This document shows, piece after piece, positions 7,424 through 20,775 of a stretch of DNA of 36,022 nucleotides. Position 1 is the stretch's first letter. The number at the start of each line of letters is the position of its first letter. The stretch is from Myxococcales bacterium. GTDB taxonomy: Bacteria > Myxococcota_A > UBA9042 > JABWCM01 > BTVJ01. The stretch lies in NCBI GenBank assembly GCA_045863395.1, contig BTVJ01000073.1:1-36022 (forward strand), in the 5' to 3' direction. Under the pieces are notes generated by a model. It did no database searches. It was not told the origin of the DNA and saw only the letters and a program-made list of their open reading frames with translations. A program made the position numbers and the translations under genes.

Positions 7424-9691
7424 ATGGCCCTCATCGAACCCAGCGCAGTCGCCGCCCTCTACGCCACCCTCTCCGAGAGGCACGCCGCCGCGCGCGCCCG
7501 CCTCGGCCCGCTGACCCTGGCCGAGAAGATTCTCTTCTCCCACATGGCGGCGCTCGGCGATGTCCCCCCCGAGCGAGGCAAGACCTACGTGGACCTCCAC
7601 CCGGACCGGGTCGCCATGCAGGACGCGACGGCCCAGATGGCGCTGCTCCAGTTCGGGCACGCCCGGCGTCCCGCCGTCGCCGTCCCCACCACCGTGCACT
7701 GCGACCACCTGATCCTGGCGCGCCGCGGCGCCGCCGAGGACCTCGCCGAGGCCAACACCACCAACGACGAGGTCTTCGAGTTCCTGCGCACCGTGTCGGC
7801 GAAGTACGGCATCGGCTTCTGGAAGCCGGGCGCGGGCATCATCCACCAGGTGGTGCTCGAGAACTACGCCTTCCCGGGCGGCATGATGGTGGGCACCGAC
7901 AGCCACACCCCCAACGCCGGGGGCCTCGGCATGGTCGCCATCGGCGTCGGCGGGGCGGACGCGGTGGACGTCATGGTGGGCATGCCGTGGAACGTCTGCA
8001 TGCCGAAGCTCATCGGCGTCCGCCTGACCGGCGAGCTCAGCGGGTGGACCGCCCCGAAGGACGTGATCCTCAAGCTGGCGGGCCTGCTGACGGTCAAGGG
8101 AGGCACCGGCTGCATCGTCGAGTACTTCGGGCCCGGCACCCGGTCGATCAGCGCCACCGGCAAGGCGACCATCACCAACATGGGCGCCGAGCTGGGGGCG
8201 ACCACGTCGATCTTCCCCTTCGACGAGCGCATGGCCGCCTACCTGCGGGCCACCGAGCGGGCGGGCATCGCGGCCCTCGCCGAGGCCCACGCCGCCGAGC
8301 TGGTCGCCGACCCGGAGGTGGCTGCCGACCCGGCGTCCTACTATGACCAGCTCGTCGAGATCGACCTCTCGACGCTGGAACCCCACGTGGTAGGCCCCCA
8401 CACCCCGGACCTGGCGCACCCGGTCTCCCAGCTCGGCGCCCACGCGGAGGCGGCGGGCTGGCCCCTGGAGCTGTCGGCGACCCTCATCGGGAGCTGCACC
8501 AACAGCTCCTACGAGGACATGGATCGCGCCGCGACGGTCGCCCGGGCCGCGGCCGCCGAGGGGCTCCGGGCGAAGGCGCCGCTCCTGATCTCCCCGGGCT
8601 CGGTGATGATCCACGAGACCATCGAGCGGGACGGCCAGCTCGCCGTATTCGAGGCCTTGGGCGCGACCGTGCTGGCCAACGCCTGCGGGCCGTGCATCGG
8701 CCAGTGGAAGCGAGACGGAGTGAAGAAGGGGGACCGCAACTCCATCATCACCTCCTTCAACCGCAACTTCTCGGCGCGGAACGACAGCAACCCCGAGACG
8801 CACGCCTTCATCGGCAGCCCCGAGGTCGTCATGGCCTTCGCGCTGGCCGGGCGCCTCGACTTCAACCCCCTGACCGACACGCTGGAGACCGCCGACGGCC
8901 GCCGTGTCCGCCTCGCCGTCCCGTCGGGCGACGAGCTGCCGTCCGCGGGCTTCGCGCGGACCCGGGACGCCGGCTATCAGGCGCCGCCCGCCGACGGGAG
9001 CGCGGTGCAGGTCTCGATTCGGCCCGGCAGCAGCCGCCTGGAGGAGCTCCGCCCCTTCGCCCCCTGGGACCTCTCGCGCGACTTCGAGGATCTGGTCCTG
9101 CTGCTCAAAGCCAAGGGCAAGTGCACCACGGACCACATCTCGCCGGCCGGCCCCTGGCTGCGCTTCCGCGGCCACCTGACCAACATCAGCGACAACATGT
9201 ACTCGGGCGCGACCAACGCCTTCACCGGCGAGGCGGGCGCCGGCACCAACGTGCTCACGGGCGCTCCCGGGACGTTTCCGCAGATCGCCAAGGAGTACAA
9301 GGCGGCGGGGCAGGGGTGGGTAGTGGTCGCCGACGAGAACTACGGCGAGGGGTCGAGCCGCGAGCACGCCGCCATGGAGCCGCGCTTCATGGGCGCCCGC
9401 GCGGTGGTCGCGCGCAGCTTCGCGCGCATCGCCGAGACCAACCTCAAGAAGCAGGGCGTCCTGCCTCTCTGGTTCAAGGATTCGGGCGACTACGACCGCT
9501 TTCAGGCCACGGACCGCATCGCCATCCGGGGTGTGGACAGCCTGGCGCCCGACAGCGCCTTGACGCTCACTCTGACCCACGCGGACGGCTCCACGGACAC
9601 CGTCATCGCCACCCACACGCTCAGCGACGAGCAGATCGGGTGGTTCCGCGCTGGCTCGGCGCTCAACCGCATCGCCGAGCTGAGCCGCTGA
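7424..9691 (+). CDS. acnA: Aconitate hydratase (mitochondrial/Bacteroidetes-type single-chain aconitase)
   Basis: [49 protein letters not shown], Fe-S ligands GSCTNSS and [26 protein letters not shown]. 755 aa with a GGAGG RBS. Confidence 0.96.
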   Translation: MALIEPSAVAALYATLSERHAAARARLGPLTLAEKILFSHMAALGDVPPERGKTYVDLHPDRVAMQDATAQMALLQFGHARRPAVAVPTTVHCDHLILARRGAAEDLAEANTTNDEVFEFLRTVSAKYGIGFWKPGAGIIHQVVLENYAFPGGMMVGTDSHTPNAGGLGMVAIGVGGADAVDVMVGMPWNVCMPKLIGVRLTGELSGWTAPKDVILKLAGLLTVKGGTGCIVEYFGPGTRSISATGKATITNMGAELGATTSIFPFDERMAAYLRATERAGIAALAEAHAAELVADPEVAADPASYYDQLVEIDLSTLEPHVVGPHTPDLAHPVSQLGAHAEAAGWPLELSATLIGSCTNSSYEDMDRAATVARAAAAEGLRAKAPLLISPGSVMIHETIERDGQLAVFEALGATVLANACGPCIGQWKRDGVKKGDRNSIITSFNRNFSARNDSNPETHAFIGSPEVVMAFALAGRLDFNPLTDTLETADGRRVRLAVPSGDELPSAGFARTRDAGYQAPPADGSAVQVSIRPGSSRLEELRPFAPWDLSRDFEDLVLLLKAKGKCTTDHISPAGPWLRFRGHLTNISDNMYSGATNAFTGEAGAGTNVLTGAPGTFPQIAKEYKAAGQGWVVVADENYGEGSSREHAAMEPRFMGARAVVARSFARIAETNLKKQGVLPLWFKDSGDYDRFQATDRIAIRGVDSLAPDSALTLTLTHADGSTDTVIATHTLSDEQIGWFRAGSALNRIAELSR

Positions 9692-9754
9692 TCCCTCGCC
9701 GGCTCGGGCGTCTCGCACCCGCGGAGATTGCGCCATCAGAGAATCCCGCCTACC

Positions 9755-10537
9755 ATGCGCCGCATGAACAGCGCCCAACGCATCTCCCTCGCCGCCGCGG
9801 TGATCGCCGTCAGCTCGCTCGCCGCGTGCGCCTCCAAGGCCCCCCACTGCGCCACCGACAAGGACTGCGCCGCCCCATCGCCGCGCTGCGTCCAGGGGCA
9901 GTGCCGCGCCTGCGCCGACGACTTCGACTGCGGCGTCAACGACCCGTGCAGCGTCTGCGCCGAGGGCTGGCAGTGCCGGCGTGCACAGAGCTGCTGCTCC
10001 AGCGTGCTCGACTGCCCCTCGGGCCAGGTGTGCGCCTCGCCCGTCTTTGGCCAGGCCGGCACCTGCGTCCCCGGCTGCACCAGCGACCGCCACTGCGCGC
10101 CCGGGCAGGTCTGTGACGGCGGGCGCTGCGTCTCCTGGTGTACGTGCAGCGACGACCTGCACTGCGGCCCCGCGACCCGCTGCGTCGACTGCCGCTGCCA
10201 GGCCGCGGACCAGGGCTGCGCCTCGGTGCCCGTGTACTTCGACTACGACGAGGCGAGCATCAACGAGGCGGCGCGAGTGGCGGTCGACTTCAGCGTGGCG
10301 TGCGTCAAGCAGCGAGGTGGTGGGGCCACGCTGGTCGGCCACGCCGACGAGCGCGGCGGGGACGCCTACAACGACCGCCTCGGCCTGCGCCGCGCGGAGG
10401 CAGTCCGCCGTGCCCTGGAGGCCCGCGGCGTGACCGCCCCGCTTCAGCCCCGCTCCGCGGGCAAGCGCCAGCCCCTCTGCACCGAGCGCAGCGAGCAGTG
10501 CTGGCGGCAGAACCGCCGCGTGGACATCCTCCAGTAG
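9755..10537 (+). CDS. Cys-rich lipoprotein with C-terminal OmpA/Pal peptidoglycan-binding domain
   Basis: Lipobox LAAC, about 25 Cys in C-x5-C-containing repeats, then YFDYD...GHADERG...YNDRLGLRRAEAV...NRRVDI. The start may be 9755 or 9764. Confidence 0.88.
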   Translation: MRRMNSAQRISLAAAVIAVSSLAACASKAPHCATDKDCAAPSPRCVQGQCRACADDFDCGVNDPCSVCAEGWQCRRAQSCCSSVLDCPSGQVCASPVFGQAGTCVPGCTSDRHCAPGQVCDGGRCVSWCTCSDDLHCGPATRCVDCRCQAADQGCASVPVYFDYDEASINEAARVAVDFSVACVKQRGGGATLVGHADERGGDAYNDRLGLRRAEAVRRALEARGVTAPLQPRSAGKRQPLCTERSEQCWRQNRRVDILQ

Positions 10538-10571
10538 GGGTACGCCTCGCCAGCGCCTCCCCCCCTGCGGC

Positions 10572-12092
10572 TCAGGCAGCCAGCGACGACTTGTAGATGC
10601 AGAGGATCTCGGGCAGGCAGTTGAAGAAGGCGTCGACCAGCTTGGGGTCGAAGTGGCGCCCGCTCTCTTCCCGGATGCGGTCCAGCGCCCTCTCGACAGG
10701 CCACGCCGGCTTGTAGACGCGGTGGGTCGTGAGGGCGTCGAAGACGTCTGCGAGCGCCACGATGCGCCCCGACAGGGGGATGTCGTCTCCCCGGACGGCG
10801 TGGGGATACCCCGTGCCATCGAAGCGCTCGTGGTGGGTGAGTGCGATGGTCTCGGCCATCTGCAGGAGCTTGGAGTTGGAGCCGCCGAGGATGCGGGAGC
10901 CGATGATCGGGTGGTCCTTCATCTGGTCCCACTCGTCCGGCGTGAGCTGGCCGCGCTTGCGCAGCACCGAGTCGCGGATGCCGATCTTGCCCACGTCGTG
11001 CATGGGGGACGCGAGCTTGATGATGTGCTGCTCCTCTTCGGACCAGCCGATCTCCCGGGCGAGGCACACCGCGTAGCTCGACATGCGTTCGATGTGCTCT
11101 GCCGTGTCTTCGTCTCGGTACTCCGCCGCGATGGAGAGCCGCACGACCGTGTCGTGGCTGGCCTGGAGGAGCCGCTGGTTGGCGACCTGCAGGTCGTCGA
11201 CGGCCTGCCGCAGCGCGCTGGTGCGCTGGTCGACCTCCCGCTCGAGCTGGTGGTTGTACTCGATGACCTGGAGCTCGCTCGCCACGCGCTGTCCGACCAC
11301 CCCCAGGAGCTGCACCTGCTCGCGGGCCGGGACCGCCGACCCGCCGAACGCGTGGAGCACGGCCTGTGCCCGGCCGTCGAAGCTGCGCAGCGGGATGCCG
11401 ATGTAGGGCCCCAGCTCGCCGTCCGCCTCGACGACCGCCTCCTTGGCGCCGGAGACTTGGGTCACCCGCCCGTCCAGGAAGTCCGTGTCCCGCGTCGCCG
11501 AGCCGTTCACGCCGACGTCTGCGGCGACGGTCCAGGCGGACGCGGGGCCCACGGTGACGATCACGCGGTCCATCTCGGTGATCTCGACGGCACGGCGCGC
11601 CAGGGTGGCCAGGATCGTCGTGCTGCGAGGATACCCCTGCGCGAACGTCGTCAGCTCGAAGAGGCCCCGCAGCGTGCGCTCCTGCTTGCGCACCTGGTCG
11701 TTGAGGCGCTTGACGCGGATGGACGAGCGGATGCGCGCCAGAAGCTCATGGCGGTTGACGGGCTTGGAGAGCAGGTCGTCCGCCCCGACCTCCAGGCCGC
11801 GGACCCGGTCCGCCGTCGCGTCGAGGCCCGTGACGAGAACGACCGGCGTGTGGCGCAGCTCGGGGTTGGACTTGACCTCCTGGCAGACCTCGAAGCCGTC
11901 CTTCCGCGGCATCATCACGTCGAGGAGCACGACGTCCGGCCGCAGCTCCTCGATGCGCTGGAGGCCCTCCTCGCCGTCGCGTGCCACCTCGATGCGGTAG
12001 CCGCTCGGCTCGAGGAGCGCTTGGATGTAGAGCAGGTTGGCCGCGTCGTCGTCCACGACGAGGATGGTTGCCGGCTCGTGTTCTTGCGCCAT
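10572..12092 (-). CDS. Response regulator c-di-GMP phosphodiesterase (REC + GAF-like + HD-GYP, RpfG-like)
   Basis: REC: ILVVDD, LLDVMMP, VTG, SKP. HD-GYP: HDVGKIG, HHERFDGTGYP, ADVFDALT, RVYK. Start MAQEHEP at 12092. Confidence 0.92.
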   Translation of the reverse strand: MAQEHEPATILVVDDDAANLLYIQALLEPSGYRIEVARDGEEGLQRIEELRPDVVLLDVMMPRKDGFEVCQEVKSNPELRHTPVVLVTGLDATADRVRGLEVGADDLLSKPVNRHELLARIRSSIRVKRLNDQVRKQERTLRGLFELTTFAQGYPRSTTILATLARRAVEITEMDRVIVTVGPASAWTVAADVGVNGSATRDTDFLDGRVTQVSGAKEAVVEADGELGPYIGIPLRSFDGRAQAVLHAFGGSAVPAREQVQLLGVVGQRVASELQVIEYNHQLEREVDQRTSALRQAVDDLQVANQRLLQASHDTVVRLSIAAEYRDEDTAEHIERMSSYAVCLAREIGWSEEEQHIIKLASPMHDVGKIGIRDSVLRKRGQLTPDEWDQMKDHPIIGSRILGGSNSKLLQMAETIALTHHERFDGTGYPHAVRGDDIPLSGRIVALADVFDALTTHRVYKPAWPVERALDRIREESGRHFDPKLVDAFFNCLPEILCIYKSSLAA

Positions 12093-12160
12093 CGTGTCTC
12101 CGCGCCCCTGGAGGTCCCAGCTCTCAGTGTATATCGTAACTCTCCTTTGGAGGAAAGCTC

Positions 12161-12544
12161 TTGAAAAGTCGCGACCATCAAGCTCCACGCCCCGCGGCCC
12201 TCATCCTCGTCGACCACGGGAGCCGCGCCCCGGAGGCCAACGCCCTCGTCGAGCGGGTGGCCGACGCGGTGCGGGCTCGGGGCGGCTTCGATCTGGTCTA
12301 TGCGGCGCACATGGAGCTGGCCGAGCCCTCCCTGGCGTGCGCCGTGCGCGAGGCCGTGGCCGCCGGCGCCGCGTCGCTGACCGTGGTCCCGTACTTCCTC
12401 GCGCCGGGGCGCCACGCGTCCGTGGACCTGCCGCGCATCGTCGCCGAGGTGGCTGGGGACGTGCAGGTTCGTCACGCCGCGCCCCTCGGCTTCGACGAGG
12501 CCCTCGTCGACCTGGTGCAGCGCCGCGCGGCTGAAGCCCGGTGA
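12161..12544 (+). CDS. cbiX: Small CbiX/SirB-type class II chelatase (single domain, CbiX(S)-like)
   Basis: LVDHGSR, HMELAEPSL, VVPYFLAPGRHASVDLP. TTG start with GGAGG upstream. Confidence 0.85.
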   Translation: MKSRDHQAPRPAALILVDHGSRAPEANALVERVADAVRARGGFDLVYAAHMELAEPSLACAVREAVAAGAASLTVVPYFLAPGRHASVDLPRIVAEVAGDVQVRHAAPLGFDEALVDLVQRRAAEAR

Positions 12545-12545
12545 G

Positions 12546-13652
12546 CTACTCGTCGTAGGGGACCCACTCCGCGATCTCCAGGCCGAAGCCCGACAGCCCG
12601 CGGAAGGGCATGGGGTGGTTCGTCAGCACGCGGATGCGGCGGAGCCCGAGCGCGTTCAGGATCTGCGCCCCGACGCCGAACTCCCGGAAGTCCATGGGAG
12701 GCGCCGCGGTGGGCGTGCCCGCCAGCAGCCGCGCGCGCTGGGCGAGGTCCTCGCCGGGCATCTCGCCTCGCAGGTAGAGGATCACCCCAGACCCTTCCCG
12801 CACGATCTGGCGCATGGCCGCGTCCAGCTTGGCGCGGCTGCGCGTCGGGTGCAGGCCGAACACGTCGCTGAGCAGGTCCGCGCGGTGCACCCGCACCAGC
12901 ACCGGCTGGTCGGGGCGCACGTCCCCGTGGCGCAGCGCCAGGTGCACGGCCTCGTCCACCACGTTGCGGTAGGCGGTGATCGTGAACTCGCCATACGAGG
13001 TCGGGAGCAGCGCCTCGGCGACCGGCTCGATGAAGCTCTCCTTCTGGAGCCGGTACTCGATCAGGTCCGCGATGGTGACGACGTGAACGCCGTGCTGCTC
13101 GCCGAACTTCAGGAGCTCGGGAAGCCGCGCCATGGTGCCGTCGGGGTTCATGATCTCGCAGATCACCGCGGCGGGCTTGAGGCCGGCGAGGCGCGCCAGA
13201 TCCACCGACCCCTCGGTCTGGCCGCTGCGGACCAGCACCCCGCCGTCTCGTGCCCGCAAGGGGAACACGTGCCCCGGGGTGACCAGGTCCTCCGGTGTCG
13301 TGTCGTCGGCGATGGCGACGTGCACCGTGTGGTTTCTGTCCGCCGCCGACACCCCCGACCCCCGGGTGCTCGCCGCGTCGATGGACACGGTGAACGCGGT
13401 GCCCAGCGGCGCCCGGTTGTTGCGCGTCATGGGCTCCAGCCCGAGGCGGTCGGCGCGGTCGCCTGTCATGGCGAGGCAGAGCAGCCCCCGGGCGTGGGTC
13501 GCGATGAAGTTGACCAGCTCCGGGGTGAGCTTCTCGGCGGCGACGACGATGTCCCCCTCGTTCTCGCGGTCCTCGTCGTCGACGAGGATGACCATTCGGC
13601 CGCGGCGGATGTCGTCGATCGCGTCTTCGATTCTGGCGAGCTTCGCAGTCAT
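12546..13652 (-). CDS. ribB: 3,4-dihydroxy-2-butanone-4-phosphate synthase fused to a degenerate GTP cyclohydrolase II-like domain (RibBX)
   Basis: LVDDEDRENEGD, TAFTVSIDA, GVSAADR, PGHVFPL, RSGQTEGSVDL, ICEIMNPDGTMAR. The C-terminal domain lacks the zinc-binding cysteines. Confidence 0.93.
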   Translation of the reverse strand: MTAKLARIEDAIDDIRRGRMVILVDDEDRENEGDIVVAAEKLTPELVNFIATHARGLLCLAMTGDRADRLGLEPMTRNNRAPLGTAFTVSIDAASTRGSGVSAADRNHTVHVAIADDTTPEDLVTPGHVFPLRARDGGVLVRSGQTEGSVDLARLAGLKPAAVICEIMNPDGTMARLPELLKFGEQHGVHVVTIADLIEYRLQKESFIEPVAEALLPTSYGEFTITAYRNVVDEAVHLALRHGDVRPDQPVLVRVHRADLLSDVFGLHPTRSRAKLDAAMRQIVREGSGVILYLRGEMPGEDLAQRARLLAGTPTAAPPMDFREFGVGAQILNALGLRRIRVLTNHPMPFRGLSGFGLEIAEWVPYDE

Positions 13653-13776
13653 GCCGACCTTCTAGCGCGCCGCGGCGGTGGAGTCCAGGGCCACGCGAGC
13701 CCAAGAATACGATGGCTCGCATTCCCACCCTGCCGCGACGGGTGTATCATGGCCGCGCCCTGTACGGGAGGCTGCC

Positions 13777-15810
13777 ATGGGTGAGGGGAGAGCGACGCAG
13801 GATCTCGATCTGGAAGCGCTGCGCGTGCGGGTCGCGGCCCTCGAGCAGGAGAACCGCCGCCTGCGCACCACCCGCACGCTGCTCGACGACCTGGTCGAGC
13901 AGGCTCCTTTCAGCATCCAGGTGCTCGACGCCAACGCGCGGGTCGTCGCGATCAACGCCGCCCACGAGCGCCTGATCGGGCTCCCCCGCAGCCGCTACTT
14001 TGCCCTGATGACGGAGGACTTCCGCACCTACATCCGCCGGTCCATGCCCGCCGGGGCCGACGCTCTGGAGCGCGCGTTCGCAGGCGAGAGCGTCGAGCTG
14101 CCGCCCTTCTTCTACCAAGCGGTGGTCGGACCTCACGGTACGTCGGCTCCGCTCTCGGAGCGCCTCGCGCGCGGCATCTACCTGGCGGCGCGGGCCTTCC
14201 CGGTGCGCGGGGACGACGGCAAGGTCGCCTACGTGGTGCTGATCAACGAGGACGTCACCGCGCGGGTGCGCCTGGAGCACGAGCGGGCCGCCAGCGAGCA
14301 GCGCTACCGGACGCTGGTCGAGAGCCTGAACGACGCCGTGGTGGTGTTCGACGAGGATCGGGTGATCACGCTCTGGAACCTCGCCGCCGAGCGCACCTAC
14401 GGGTGGTCCGCGGGGGACGTCGTCGGCCGCCCCGCCCAGGAGGTCCTCAAGACCGAGACCGCCGAGGGGACTCCCGAGGACGTCATGGAGCGGATCGCGC
14501 GGGTGGGCTCCTGGCACGGCACTCTCTGGCAGCAGACCCGGGACGGGCGGCGCATCGAGGTGGAGTGCGCGGCGTCCTATGTGCCCCACATGGGCATGTC
14601 GCCCGACGAGCGAGGTGTCGTGGTGTGCGTCAACCGGGACGTCACCGAGCACCGCCGCCTGCAGGCGCAGGTCGTCCACGCGCAGAGGATGGAGTCCATC
14701 GGGACTCTGGCGGGCGGCATCGCCCACGAGTTCAACAACATGCTCGCCGGCATCCTCGGGTACGCCTCACTTCTGTCGCGGCGGGTGGTGGAGCCGGAGC
14801 TCGGGGGCCCGCTCCAGATCATCCAGGAGTCCGCGTCCCGGGGGGCGAGGCTCACCCAGCAGCTCCTGACCTTCGCCCGCAAGCAGGAGGTGTCGCGCGT
14901 CATCCTGAGTGTCAACGGGGCCGTCGAGTCCGCCATGGGCTTCCTGTCGCAGATCATCGGCAAGGCCGTCTCCGTGGACCTCGCGCTGGACCCGCTGCTC
15001 CATGCCGTGCGCGGCGATCCGTGGCAGATGGAGCAGGTGCTTGTGAACCTCTGCCTCAACGCCCGCGACAGCATGGCCGGGGGGGGCATCATCCGCATCG
15101 AGACGACACGGGAGCGCCTGCCCATGGTGGGAGGCCCGGCGGAGCTCGCGCCCGGGGACTACGTGCGCCTGCGGGTGCGGGATTCGGGGGCCGGCATGGC
15201 CCGCGAGGTGCTCGACCGCATCTTCGAGCCCTTCTTCACGACGAAGGAGACCGGTACCGGCACGGGCCTCGGCCTCGCCGTGGTCTACGGCATCGTCAAG
15301 GACCACGGAGGGGCGGTCCTGGTGTCCTCCGCGCCCGGTGACGGGACGACCTTCGACGTCTACCTCCCCGCGGTGGCGGAGCCCCTGGTCGCCGCGGACC
15401 CGGTCCCACCTGCCGAGCCGCCGAGTGGCGACGCGACGGTGCTGGTGGTGGACGACGAGCCGGTGGTGCGCGAGATGGCGGCCGCCATGTTGAAGTCCTT
15501 GGGCTACCGCACGTTGGTGGCGCACGACGGGGCCGAGGCCGTCGACGTCGTCCGGGAGCGGGGCGACGACATCGGCCTCGTGCTCATGGACCTGATCATG
15601 CCGGGCATGGACGGGCTGGAGACCTTCCGCGCCATCGAGGCCGTGCGCCCCGGCGTCCCGGTGCTCCTCTCGAGTGGCCTGCACGGCGACCACCTCGTCC
15701 AGCAGGTGCTCACGGAGGGGGCGCTCGGGTTCGTGGGCAAGCCCTACGACGTGTCGCAGCTCGCGGCGGCCGTTCGCGCCGCCCTGGACCGGAGCGCGTG
15801 CGCCTCGTAG
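13777..15810 (+). CDS. Cytoplasmic hybrid sensor histidine kinase (PAS-PAS-HisKA-HATPase-REC)
   Basis: GGAGG RBS and ATG at 13777. Two PAS/PAC regions, H-box [12 protein letters not shown]-box [25 protein letters not shown], and [18 protein letters not shown]. Confidence 0.93.
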   Translation: MGEGRATQDLDLEALRVRVAALEQENRRLRTTRTLLDDLVEQAPFSIQVLDANARVVAINAAHERLIGLPRSRYFALMTEDFRTYIRRSMPAGADALERAFAGESVELPPFFYQAVVGPHGTSAPLSERLARGIYLAARAFPVRGDDGKVAYVVLINEDVTARVRLEHERAASEQRYRTLVESLNDAVVVFDEDRVITLWNLAAERTYGWSAGDVVGRPAQEVLKTETAEGTPEDVMERIARVGSWHGTLWQQTRDGRRIEVECAASYVPHMGMSPDERGVVVCVNRDVTEHRRLQAQVVHAQRMESIGTLAGGIAHEFNNMLAGILGYASLLSRRVVEPELGGPLQIIQESASRGARLTQQLLTFARKQEVSRVILSVNGAVESAMGFLSQIIGKAVSVDLALDPLLHAVRGDPWQMEQVLVNLCLNARDSMAGGGIIRIETTRERLPMVGGPAELAPGDYVRLRVRDSGAGMAREVLDRIFEPFFTTKETGTGTGLGLAVVYGIVKDHGGAVLVSSAPGDGTTFDVYLPAVAEPLVAADPVPPAEPPSGDATVLVVDDEPVVREMAAAMLKSLGYRTLVAHDGAEAVDVVRERGDDIGLVLMDLIMPGMDGLETFRAIEAVRPGVPVLLSSGLHGDHLVQQVLTEGALGFVGKPYDVSQLAAAVRAALDRSACAS

Positions 15811-15884
15811 CCCCGTGCTCCAGGCCCCGCGGTGCCTTGGCGCTGCCGACGGGGCGCCGTGTTTGACCGCTGACCGCAGGCATG

Positions 15885-15893
15885 TGCTACCAT
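15885..15893 (+). promoter_or_regulatory. Putative extended -10 element upstream of the prkA operon
   Basis: TGCTACCAT, preceded by tandem TGACCGC x2 (15864-15877) and TTGACC at 15863 (19-bp spacing). Confidence 0.3.
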
Positions 15894-16069
15894 GCGACCC
15901 GCCCCTCGACGGCCGGAAGCGCCCGTCGGCTCTGTTCCATGCACGTGCAGCAAGCTCCCGGCGCGGCCGGGCCACCGGCGTTCGGCCGGGGTCGCGGGTC
16001 CGCCGGGGCGCCCGGATGCGGGCGCGTTGGCACAGCGTTGCGAAACCGTACCCAGGAGGCTCTACCCCC

Positions 16070-18124
<2,055 letters not shown>

Positions 18125-18158
18125 TCGTCGTTGAACTCGTAGACGGGAGACGGACCGC

Positions 18159-19271
<1,113 letters not shown>

Positions 19272-19274
19272 CAC

Positions 19275-20762
19275 ATGGGCCTGCCATCCTACCTCTATGA
19301 CGTCCAGTGTCAGATTCGGGACCACGCCGCGGCCTACGGCCTCGACTTCTACGAGACCGTGTTCGAGATGGTGGACTACGAGCAGATGAACGAGATCGCC
19401 TCGTACCTGGGTTTCCCCACGCGCTACCCGCACTGGCGCTTCGGGATGGAGTACGAGCGCATGTCGAAGAGCTACTCGTGGGGTCTCCAGAAGATCTACG
19501 AGCTCGTCATCAACAACGACCCGTGCTACGCCTATCTGCTGGAGGGAAACAGCACCGTCGAGCAGAAGATGGTGATGGCCCACGTCTACGGACACTGCGA
19601 TTTCTTCAAGAACAACGCCTGGTTCAGCCACACGAACCGCAAGATGATGGACGAGATGGCCAACCACGCGGCGCGCATCCGGTCCTACATCGAGCGGTAC
19701 GGGCTCGACGAGGTCGAGAGCTTCCTGGACGTGTGCCTGTCCATCGACAATCTCATCGACATCCACTCTCCGTTCATCCGGCGCCAGAGAGACAGGCAGG
19801 ACGAGGACACCAACTACGTGCGGCCCGAGCCGAAGAAGATCCAGTCCAAGAGCTACCTGGACAAGTACGTCAACCCGGCCGACTTCATGGAGAAGGAGCG
19901 ACAGAAGATCGAGGCGCAGCGTCAGAAGGCCCGCCGCGTGCCCGAGGATCCAGAGAAGGACGTCTTGGCGTTTCTCATCGACCACGCTCCCCTGAAGAAG
20001 TGGCAGCGCAACGTGCTCTCCATGGTCCGCGAGGAGGCATACTACTTCGCGCCCCAGGGCCAGACCAAGATCATGAACGAGGGCTGGGCCAGCTACTGGC
20101 ACTCCATCATGATGACCACGCGAGTGTTGGACACGAGCGAGATCTTCGACTACGCCAACACGCACGCGGGCAGCATGGTGATGAGCCCGACGAGCATCAA
20201 CCCCTACAAGATCGGCATCGAGCTGTTTCGGGACATCGAGGACCGCTGGAACAAGGGGCGCTTCGGCAAGGAGTGGGACGAGTGCGACGACATGGCCGAG
20301 AAGTCCCAGTGGAACCGCAACCTGGGGCTCGGCCGGCAGAAGGTCTTCGAGGTCAGGAAGATCTACAACGACGTCTCCTTCATCGATACCTTCCTGACGC
20401 CCGAGTTCTGCTGGGCGAACAAGATGTTCACCTACGAGTACAACACGAAGAGCGGGCAGTTCGAGATCTTCAGCCGCGACTTCAAGCTCATCAAGGAGAA
20501 GCTGCTCTTCCAGCTCACCAACCACGGCCAGCCCTTCATCTACGTGGAGGACAGCAACCACGCCAACCGGGGCGAATTGCTGCTGTGGCACAAGCACGAG
20601 GGGACCGATCTGCACAAGGGGTATGGGCAGGACGTCCTCGGGAACATCCAGAAGGTGTGGCAGCGCCCGGTGCACATCCGCACCATCGTCGGCGGGAAGC
20701 CGCGCGTCTGGTCCCACGATGGGACTGATTTCAAAGAGTCTGCCTGGTCGCAGCAGGTTTGA
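19275..20762 (+). CDS. spoVR: SpoVR/YcgB family protein
   Basis: GFPTRYPHWRFG, IYELVINNDPCYAYL, AHVYGHCDFFKNN, YFAPQGQTKIMNEGWASYWH, NPYKIG. Starts 3 nt after yeaH. Confidence 0.95.
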   Translation: MGLPSYLYDVQCQIRDHAAAYGLDFYETVFEMVDYEQMNEIASYLGFPTRYPHWRFGMEYERMSKSYSWGLQKIYELVINNDPCYAYLLEGNSTVEQKMVMAHVYGHCDFFKNNAWFSHTNRKMMDEMANHAARIRSYIERYGLDEVESFLDVCLSIDNLIDIHSPFIRRQRDRQDEDTNYVRPEPKKIQSKSYLDKYVNPADFMEKERQKIEAQRQKARRVPEDPEKDVLAFLIDHAPLKKWQRNVLSMVREEAYYFAPQGQTKIMNEGWASYWHSIMMTTRVLDTSEIFDYANTHAGSMVMSPTSINPYKIGIELFRDIEDRWNKGRFGKEWDECDDMAEKSQWNRNLGLGRQKVFEVRKIYNDVSFIDTFLTPEFCWANKMFTYEYNTKSGQFEIFSRDFKLIKEKLLFQLTNHGQPFIYVEDSNHANRGELLLWHKHEGTDLHKGYGQDVLGNIQKVWQRPVHIRTIVGGKPRVWSHDGTDFKESAWSQQV

Positions 20763-20775
20763 GTTCGGAGGGCGC

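Noticed and set aside
7133..10819. 1228-aa minus-strand ORF
   Set aside because: Antisense shadow of aconitase and the OmpA lipoprotein caused by high-GC codon bias; it has no domain motifs.
16027..16041. Functional sigma54 promoter as a feature
   Set aside because: The GG-to-GC spacing is 9 nt rather than the strictly required 10, so it is kept only as a low-interest note.
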